DNA of 64,000 bases from an uncultured delta proteobacterium. GTDB lineage: Bacteria > Myxococcota > Myxococcia > SLRQ01. Shown here one piece after another: positions 55,027-64,000 of this stretch. The notes beneath the pieces were generated by a model, which was not told the origin of the DNA, did not search any database, and saw nothing but the letters and a program-made list of their open reading frames with translations. The stretch spans positions 143,532 to 207,531 of the forward strand of contig CAVSGM010000003.1 in NCBI GenBank assembly GCA_963727485.1, in the 5' to 3' direction. Position numbers and translations under genes: made by a program. Position 1 is the stretch's first letter, and each line of letters opens with the position of its first letter.

Positions 55027-56371
55027 TCAGGCCCGGCACAATCCGCGCCCGCCCCTCGATCCCCCGGGTCGCCCCGCGCGTGTCCACCACCAGCGCCGCC
55101 TTGCCACCACCCGGGCGTAGTCGATGCCGGTGTGGTCGGTGACGATGACCACCGCGTCGCTCGCCGGCGAGCGTCGCGTCGTCGAGCGCCACCGAGGCCA
55201 GGTCGCGAGATCGTGGTTGCGCATCGGCCGGGCCCGGGGCACGAAGGGGTCGTGGTAGCTCACCTCGGCGCCGCGCTCCTGCAGCAGCTCGATGACTGCG
55301 AACGCCGGCGACTCGCGCACGTCGTCGACGTCGCTTCTTGTACGCCAGCCCAGCACCAGGACCTTGGCGCCCTTGAGCGGCTTGCCGTCGCTCGTTGAGC
55401 GCCTCGGCCATCCGGTCGACCACGTACTCGCGGCATCGCCGATGTTGATCTCGCCGGCGAGCTCGATGAAGCGCGTGGTCAGCCCGAACTCGCGCGCCTT
55501 CCAGGTCAGGTAGAAGGGGTCGATGGGGATGCAGTGCCCGCCGAGGCCCGGGCCCGGGTAGAAGGGCATGAAGCCGAAGGGCTTGGTGGCCGCGGCGTCG
55601 ATGACCTCCCAGACGTCGATGCCCATCGCGGTCGCAGAGCACCTTCAGCTCGTTGACCAGGGCGATGTTCACCGCGCGGAAGATGTTCTCGAGGAGCTTG
55701 GCCATCTCCGCCACCCGGGTCGACGACACCGGGATCGACCTGCTCGAGGGCGCCGCGCCGTAGAGCGCCACGCGCCGCCTCGCTGGCAACGCCGTCGGTC
55801 AGCCCGCCGACCACCTTGGGGATGCGCCGGGTGGTGAAGTCCGGGTTGCCCGGGTCCTCGCGCTCGGGGCTGTAGGCCAGGATAGAAGTCGGCGCCCGGC
55901 CGTCAGCCCGCTGCCGGCCTCGAGGATCGGCAGGAGCACCTCGTCGGTGGTGCCCGGATAGGTGGTCGACTCCAGGACCACGAGCTGCCCGGCGCCGCAG
56001 GTGCGGCGCCATGGCTGCGCGCGGTGCCCTCGACGTAGCTCATGTCGGGCTCGCGGTGTCGGTCGAGCGGGCGTCGGCACGCAGAGCAAGAGGGCGTCGC
56101 AGCTCGCGGCACGCGGGCGAAGTCGGTGGTGGCCGAGAAGCGCTCCGCCGCGTCCAGCGCCTCGCGCACTCGCCGCGTCGCGGATGTGCTTGATGTAGCT
56201 CTCGCCGGCCTCGAGCTTCGTCGACCTTGGTCGGGTCGACGTCGAAGCCGACCACGCGGAAGCCCCGCGCCGGGCGAAGGCCAGCACCAGCGGCAGGCCC
56301 ACGTAGCCCAGCCCGACCACGCCGACCACCGCCTCCCGGCGGTCGATCCGCGCCAACAGCTCGCTCGCCAT
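55027..56371 (-). pseudogene. UDP-sugar dehydrogenase of the UDP-GlcNAc/ManNAc 6-dehydrogenase (WbpA/WecC-like) type, densely frameshifted
   Basis: MASELLARIDRREAVVGVVGLGYVGLPLVLAFARRG... is the NAD-binding segment. ...[28 protein letters not shown]... has the catalytic Cys. ...KGAKVLVLG...[31 protein letters not shown]... Segments alternate between frames every ~50-150 nt. Confidence 0.6.
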
Positions 56372-56376
56372 GGTCG

Positions 56377-56721
56377 CTACCTCGCCAGCCCGCAGGCCTT
56401 CTTGCCGGCCTCGGTGTCCAGCTTGTGGCAGTCGCACTTGTCCACCAGCGCCGAGCACGCCGGGCCCGCCTTGGACAGGTCCGAGGACCGCGCCGCCTGG
56501 TAGGCCTGGAGCATCTGGGTCATGCAGTTCTGCTTCCCGAGCTCGGTGGTCTGGCAGTCGCAGAGCTTCTGGGCCAGCGCCAGGCAGGGGTCGGTGCAGC
56601 CGGCGGCGGCGACCGGGAGCACCAGGGCCGAAAGGAGCAGCCAGCGGCCGGCGGCGGCACGGAGGCGCGCGGCGACGCGGGCGCGGAGCGAACGAGTGGA
56701 GCTAGCGGCGACCGATGCCAT
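56377..56721 (-). CDS. Small secreted Cys-rich hypothetical protein (8 Cys, ~114 aa)
   Basis: Signal-like RWLLLSALVLPVAAAGC, then CTDPCLALAQKLCDCQTTELGKQNCMTQ...ACSALVDKCDCHKLDTEAGKKAC. Intact ORF between two dehydrogenase genes. Confidence 0.45.
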   Translation of the reverse strand: MASVAASSTRSLRARVAARLRAAAGRWLLLSALVLPVAAAGCTDPCLALAQKLCDCQTTELGKQNCMTQMLQAYQAARSSDLSKAGPACSALVDKCDCHKLDTEAGKKACGLAR

Positions 56722-58012
56722 GGTAGACGAATCCCATCTCCCGCATCCGCGCGGGGTCCCAGATGTTGCGGCCGTCGAAGACCACGGGTGAGGCCATCAG
56801 CCCCTTCATCCGGTCGAAGTCAGGGCGCCGGTACTCGTTCCACTCGGTGACGAGGAAGAGCGCGTCGGCGCCGTCGAGGCAGTCGTAGTTCTTGTCGTGG
56901 TAGGTGATGGCGTCGCCCAGGTCGGCGAGGCGCCGCCGGACGTTGTCCATCGCCGCGGGGTCGTTGGCGCGCACCTTGGCGCCCGCCTCCACCAGCGCCC
57001 GCAGCAGCACCAGGGCCGAGGCCTCGCGGATGTCGTCGGTCTGGGGCTTGAACGCCAGGCCCCACACCGCGAAGGTCCGGCCCGTGAGATCGCCGAAGTG
57101 GGCCTGGGCCCGCTCCAGGAGCACCCGCTTCATCTGGGCGTTGGTGCGCTCGGTGGCCTCGAGGATCCCGAAGTCCACGTCGTGGCTCCGCGCGGTGTGC
57201 AGGAGCGCCTGCACGTCCTTGGGGAAGCACGAGCCCCCGTAGCCCGCCCCGGGGAAGAGGAACGGGTAGCCGATGCGGCTGTCGGCGCCCACGCCCTGGC
57301 GCACCAGGTGGACGTCGGCGCCCACCGTGTCGCAGAGCCGCGCGATGTCGTTCATGAACGAGATGCGCGTGGCCAGCAGCGCGTTGGCCGCGTACTTGGT
57401 GATCTCGGCGCTCTTGTTGTCCATGAAGAGCACCGGGTGCTCGGTGCGCACGAAGGGGCCGTAGAGGTCGCCCATCACCTGGCGCGCCCGCTCGCTCTGG
57501 CAGCCGACCACCACCCGGTCGGGCTTCATGAAGTCGTCGATCGCCGCCCCCTCCTTGAGGAACTCGGGGTTGCTGACGATCTCGATGCCGCTCTGGGGCC
57601 CGCGGACCTCCAGGACCAGGGCCCGCAGCCGGTCCGCCGTGCCCACCGGCACCGTGCTCTTGGTGACCATGAGCGTCCCCGGGTCGCAGCGCTCGGCCAC
57701 CGACCGGGCCGCGTCGAGGACGTGCTGCAGGTCCGCCGACCCGTCCTCGTCCTGGGGCGTGGGCACCGCCAGGAACACCACCTCGCGGCCCTTGACCCCC
57801 GCCATGTCCGTGGAGAACGTCAGCCGCCCGTCGGCGACGTTGCGGGCCACCAGCTCCTCGAGCCCGGGCTCGAAGATGGGGATGTCCCCGGCCTCCAGCC
57901 GCGCGACCTTGTCCGCGTCGATGTCGAGGCACAGGACGTCGTTGCCCGACTCGGCGAAGCAGGTGCCGGCGACGAGGCCGACGTATCCGGTGCCCAGGAC
58001 TGCCAGACGCAT
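56702..58012 (-). CDS. ugd: UDP-glucose 6-dehydrogenase; intact
   Basis: MRLAVLGTGYVGLVAGTCFAESGNDVLCLDID...GAGYGGSCFPKDV has the catalytic Cys; full-length 436 aa. Confidence 0.9.
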   Translation of the reverse strand: MRLAVLGTGYVGLVAGTCFAESGNDVLCLDIDADKVARLEAGDIPIFEPGLEELVARNVADGRLTFSTDMAGVKGREVVFLAVPTPQDEDGSADLQHVLDAARSVAERCDPGTLMVTKSTVPVGTADRLRALVLEVRGPQSGIEIVSNPEFLKEGAAIDDFMKPDRVVVGCQSERARQVMGDLYGPFVRTEHPVLFMDNKSAEITKYAANALLATRISFMNDIARLCDTVGADVHLVRQGVGADSRIGYPFLFPGAGYGGSCFPKDVQALLHTARSHDVDFGILEATERTNAQMKRVLLERAQAHFGDLTGRTFAVWGLAFKPQTDDIREASALVLLRALVEAGAKVRANDPAAMDNVRRRLADLGDAITYHDKNYDCLDGADALFLVTEWNEYRRPDFDRMKGLMASPVVFDGRNIWDPARMREMGFVYHGIGRR

Positions 58013-58122
58013 GGTGCAACGCTCCTTCGGGTCCTCCAGGGGACCGATGGGGGGATAGCATCGCCGGGCCCGCCGGGCAACGCCACCGCGGGCCCCGGAC
58101 TTCCGCTAGACTGCCAGCCGGG

Positions 58123-61000
58123 GTGGGCACGAAGGGACCAGAAGGACGCGACGCGCCGCCGTCCGCGGACGCGCACGAGGCCGCCGCCGCGACCTCCGCC
58201 GCCCCCGGCGCGCCCCACCGCCGCCGCCGCCGGCACCGGGGCCCGGATCCCCTCCGCGCCCGCCGGGCCCGCACCCTCGAGGTCGCCGCCGAGGTGGGCC
58301 TGGGCGCCGTCCTGGTCGTGGCGCCCCAGCTCATCGGCTCGGTGCCCACCTGGGCCGTGGGCGTCGACCTGGCCCTGGCCGCCGCCACCTTCGCCCTCGT
58401 CCTCGCCGGCCGGCACCTCGCCGGCGCCAAGGTCCGGGTGCCGGGCCTCGCCTGGGTCCTCGTCGGCGCCCTCGGCCTCGAGGCCCTCCAGCTCGTGCCC
58501 CTGCCCCCGGCGCTCCTCGGCCTGGTGAGCCCCAAGGCCGCCGCCGTCGACGCCTTCGTCCTCCCGATGGTCCACGGCTGGCCCGCCTGGCGCCCGCTCT
58601 CCATGGACCCCTACCAGACCGGCCTCGACTGGGCGCGCCACCTCACCGCGGTCCTGGTGCTCCTCACCGTGGTCACCCTCGCCGACAAGCGCCGGCGCCG
58701 GCGCCGCCTCACCGCCCTCCTCGCCGCCTCGGCCCTGGTCGCCGTGGCCCTCGCCTTCGGCCAGCGCCTGGTGGGCCTCGACCACATCTACGGCGTGTGG
58801 CCCCGGGCCATCAGCGGCACCTGGGTCTTCGCCGCCTTCGTGAACCCCAACCACTTCGGCGCCTACCTCGACCTCCTGGCGCCGGTGAGCCTGGGCCTGG
58901 CGCTGTCCACCGAGGACCGGAGCCGCGCGGCCCTCTGGGGGCTCGCCTTCGTCCTGGCCGCCGGCACCGCGCTGCTCACCCTCTCGCGCGGGGCCATCGT
59001 GGCGCTGCTCGCCGGCCTCACCGTGTTCATCGCCCTGCGCCGGCGGGACACCGCCCCCGAGGGCCCCGAGGGCCCGGGCTTCCCCGACCGCCCCGGTCCC
59101 CCCGACCCCCCAGGCTTCCCCGACCGCCCCGCCGGCCCGGGTCGCCCCGCCGGCCCCCGCCCGCCCCCGCGCCGCCGGGCCCTCGCCCGGATGGCCGCCC
59201 CGCTGTTGGTGGGCGCCGCCCTCTCCGTCGCCGCCTACCTCGCCCTCGACCCCATCCTCGACCAGGTCGCCACCCTCACCAGCAAGCGCAGCCTCGAGCA
59301 CGAGGAGCGCTGGAAGATGTGGGGCGAGACCCTGCCGCTGGTCCGGGACTTCTGGCTCACCGGGGTGGGGGCCGGGGCCTACCGGGTGGTCTTCCCGATG
59401 TACAAGCGCATCCCCGCGGAGACCACCTTCGAGCACCCGGAGAACCAGTACCTGGAGCTCCCGGCGTCCCTGGGCGTCCCCGCCGCCCTGGCGATCCTCC
59501 TGGCGCTGGGGTGGGTGCTCCTGGGCGTGGCCCGGCGCCGGGACCTGCGGCCCCGGGAGCTCGGGCTCCTGGCGGGGATGGTGGCGCTCGCCATCCACGA
59601 GGGCGCCGACTTCGCCACCGCCTTCGGGGGCGTCGCGCTCCCCGCCGCCGCCGCCCTCGGGCTCCTGGTGGCCGCCGCCACCCCCGGCCGCCGCCGCGCC
59701 CGCGCGCGCGACGACGCCCGCGCGCCCGACGACGCCCCCCGACGCCCGCCTCCCGCGCCGCCTCCCGCGCCGCCTCCCGCGCCGCCTCGGGCCGCTCCCG
59801 GTGACCGCCGCCTTCTCCGTGGCCCTCGCCGGGGGCGTGGTCGGCGTCGCCCGGGCCTCGGGCCACCTCGCCAACGAGACCCTCGTCCGCCTCGACCACG
59901 CCCTCGCCGGGGGCGCCCGGGTCGACGACGCCGTCGCCGCCGCCGTCCGCGCCCGCCCCAGCGACCACATGCCCCCGCTCGTCGCCGCCGACACCCTGAT
60001 GCGCCGGGGCCACGACCCGGCCCGGGCCATGGACTGGGTCACCCGGGCCATGTACCTCGCCCCCACCGAGCCCCGGGGCCACCTCCTCGCCGCCCTCCTC
60101 CTCACCGAGGCCGGGCGCAAGGACCAGGCCCTCCTCGAGCTCCGCCTCGCCGCCCGGGACGGCCACCCCCTCCGGCGCGTCCTCGACCTCGCCGCCGCCC
60201 GCTTCCCGGACCTCGCCGACCTCGAGCGCTCGGTCCCCGACACCCCCAAGGCCCAGATGGCCCTCATGGACTTCCTCCTGGCCCACCGGCGCCCGGACGA
60301 CGCCTGGACCGTGGGCCAGGCGCTGAAGGCCACCGACCCCGGCGACCCGGACCTCCTCGACCGCCTCGGCCGCGCCGCCCTCGCCGCGCGCCGCCCCGAC
60401 GACGCCGAGACCCTCGGGGAGGCCCTGGTGCGCCTGGCCCCCGAGCGGCCCCAGGGGGCGCTCCTCGTCGCCGGCGCCCACTCCCAGCGCCGCGACTACC
60501 AGGGCGCCGCCGACGCCCTCAAGGACGGCCTCACCCGGGCCCACGGCGACCCGGCGCTCGCCATGACCCTCGCCGGCCTCTACCTCGGGCCCCTCAAGGA
60601 CCCCAAGGCCGCCCGCTCGGTCCTCGACGCCATGCGCCTCCCGGCCTCCGACGGCGCCCGGGCCCGCCTCCAGAGCCTCCTGGGCCGCGCGGCCTTCGAG
60701 CAGGGCAAGACCCGCCAGGCCCTCGACCGCTACCACACCGCCGCGCGCCTCGCCCCCTGGGACCCCGGGCCCCTCATCCAGGTCGGCGACGTCCTCATGG
60801 GGCTCGACCAGTACGCCCGGGCCCTCGACGCCTACCAGGCCGCCCGCCGCCGGGCCCGGGGCGGCACCCGGGACGCCCTCGACGCCCGGATCGCCCGGGC
60901 CCGGACCCGGCTCGCCGCCCTCGAGGCCTTCCGCAAGCGCCAGGCCATCCTCGGCGCCCCGGACCCCGGCGGCCCCCTGCCCGGCGCCGGGGACCGCTGA
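58123..61000 (+). CDS. O-antigen ligase-family (Wzy_C/WaaL-like) polytopic membrane domain followed by a TPR-repeat domain; either one fused gene with a frameshift at ~59790 or two adjacent genes
   Basis: The membrane domain (...WPRAISGTWVFAAFVNPNHFGAYLDLL...LTLSRGAIVALLAGL...HPENQYLELPASLG...) is intact in one frame to ~59790. The TPR region (59801..61000; ...AMYLAPTEPRGHLLAALLLTEAGRKDQALLELRLAARDG...) is open upstream in its own frame. The junction is a (cgccgcctcccg)x3 repeat. Confidence 0.6.
59751..59790. repeat. 12-nt tandem repeat x3 (cgccgcctcccg) at the ligase/TPR junction
   Basis: tcccgcgccgcctcccgcgccgcctcccgcgccgcctcgg encodes PPPAPPPAPPPA in the ligase frame. Confidence 0.6.
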
Positions 61001-61213
61001 CGCCGCGCCCGGGGGCCCCATGCGCCGGCCGCCTCCGTGCCGGGCGGGGCCCGTCGGGTTCGGTCACGCCGGGCGACGTCGTACGTCACGGCCGTCGGTT
61101 GAGTCACGGTGGGATACAGCGTGACTCACAAGAGGGGTCCGAAGGGACCCCGGCCACCCGGCCCGAACGTTGCGCGCGCGAAGGGCCCGGTGCTACCGTC
61201 GTCCCTGGCCGCC

Positions 61214-63082
<1,869 letters not shown>

Positions 63083-63083
<1 letters not shown>

Positions 63084-63397
63084 TGCCCCTGAACAGCAAG
63101 CAGATCCGCCACCTCCGCGGCCTCGGCCACCACCTCTCGGCGGTGGTCCACGTGGGCAACGACGGCGTCACCGACGGCGTCGCCGGCGCCCTCGACCAGG
63201 CCCTCACCGACCACGAGCTGGTGAAGGTCAAGGTCCTGGAGAACGCCCCCGAGGGCCGCCGCGAGGTCGCCCGGGCGCTGGCCGACCGCACCGGGAGCGA
63301 GGAGGTGCAGGTCCTCGGCCGCACCGTGCTCCTCTACCGGCGCCACCCGGAGAAGCCCAAGATCAAGCTGCCGGGCGAGCGCGCCGCGACCCGGTGA
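63083..63397 (+). CDS. yhbY: YhbY/CRS1-type CRM-domain RNA-binding protein
   Basis: MPLNSKQIRHLRGLGHHLSAVVHVGNDGVTDGVAGALDQALTDHELVKVKVLEN...; the ATG overlaps the upstream stop (TGATG). Confidence 0.8.
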
Positions 63398-63413
63398 CGC
63401 GCCCCGCCGCCGC

Positions 63414-63743
63414 TCAGGTCCCCTTGAGCCGGTAGTGGAGCAGGCTGTCCATCATCGCCGTGACCAGGAGACCGTCCTCCTTCATCTCCTGCATCAGCGT
63501 GGCGGCGACCTGGGTCTCGACCTCCAGGCCCTTGCCCACCTCGGCGGCGGTGGCCCAGCCGATGTGCTTGCGCATGAACCGGATGATCTCGCCCTTGAGG
63601 CGCGCCTTCTCGGCGCCGGCGATCTCCGGGGTCTTCCAGGCGTTGGCCACCGCGGCGATGAGCAGGACGATCACCAGCAGCGCCAGCACCGGATAGATGA
63701 TGTGCTTGTGCTGGGCCAGGAACTCGAAGCTGGTCGCGATCAT
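63414..63743 (-). CDS. Hypothetical small membrane-anchored protein
   Basis: MIATSFEFLAQHKHIIYPVLALLVIVLLIAAVANAW (one TM) followed by a charged soluble region. Confidence 0.4.
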   Translation of the reverse strand: MIATSFEFLAQHKHIIYPVLALLVIVLLIAAVANAWKTPEIAGAEKARLKGEIIRFMRKHIGWATAAEVGKGLEVETQVAATLMQEMKEDGLLVTAMMDSLLHYRLKGT

Positions 63744-64000
63744 GCCAGGTCCGCCAGGGCCGTCTGCACCCGGGGCGTCTCCCCTTCGCGGAAGAGGAGC
63801 GCGCCGGCCCGGGCCAGGAGCGTGTCGAGGCCGTCGCCGGTCAGCGCGCTCACCGCCACGCCATCCCGGCCGGCTGCCAGGTTCTCTGCGGTGCCACCCG
63901 TCATCCGATCCCCCTTGTTGAACACCAAAAGACGCGGGCGGTCCAGGAGATCGAGCTCCCGGAGGATGCCCTCCACCGCCTCGATCTGCTGGGGATGGTC
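63740..64000 (-). CDS. GTPase, HflX/Obg-like C-terminal fragment (partial; continues beyond window end)
   Basis: ...RPRLLVFNKGDRMTG... is the NKxD G4 motif; the ORF is open at the window boundary. Confidence 0.45.
   Translation of the reverse strand, partial: DHPQQIEAVEGILRELDLLDRPRLLVFNKGDRMTGGTAENLAAGRDGVAVSALTGDGLDTLLARAGALLFREGETPRVQTALADLA

Overview
This is a 64-kb stretch of a very high-GC bacterial chromosome. The first ~26 kb look close to 70% GC; the remainder varies by region, with parts of the middle section visibly lower. The gene content points to Myxococcota: a FrzS-like pseudo-receiver/coiled-coil protein, Pro/Ala-rich low-complexity inserts and an O-antigen-ligase–TPR fusion. 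The taxon is inferred from these features, not demonstrated. The first ~26 kb carry housekeeping and signalling genes: a SLC12/APC-type permease (partial), pfk, fumC, two lipoproteins, an ArsR–rhodanese regulator with a perfect palindromic operator next to a DoxX–DsrE fusion, rimK with its DUF785 partner, glmS, glmU, a PilZ protein, a large lytic transglycosylase, ggt, hemW, an MBL-fold hydrolase, a FrzS-like protein and a two-domain M16 peptidase. From ~26 kb onward the window is dominated by one large polysaccharide (EPS/O-antigen-type) locus. It opens with two tandem PilZ proteins, a TAT lipoprotein with three HxH repeats, a specialised NusG paralogue and an AsnB-like amidotransferase. A HEAT-repeat protein, fpg, a secreted protein, TonB and cysD–cysNC (PAPS synthesis) follow. 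After these come a MarR-EPS-type regulator, a PF14907 nucleotidyltransferase, a Wzx flippase, a PF13469 sulfotransferase, a Wzy-like polymerase and three GT4 glycosyltransferases. Next is a PglC/PglD/PglE/PglF-like module for a bacillosamine-type sugar, a Wzc BY-kinase, a CBS protein and UDP-xylose synthase. The locus ends with a WbpA-like dehydrogenase, a small Cys-rich secreted protein, UDP-glucose 6-dehydrogenase and an O-antigen ligase fused to TPR. A DnaJ/TPR protein, YhbY and a partial GTPase complete the window. The combination of sulfotransferase, PAPS genes, UDP-xylose genes and a diNAcBac-type module predicts a sulfated heteropolysaccharide. Single-base indel frameshifts are extremely dense between 38.4–53.7 kb and 55.0–56.4 kb, whereas UXS, Ugd, the Cys-rich protein and the ligase domain are intact; scattered frameshifts also hit about ten genes elsewhere. 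No rRNA, tRNA, CRISPR array or transposase was recognised.
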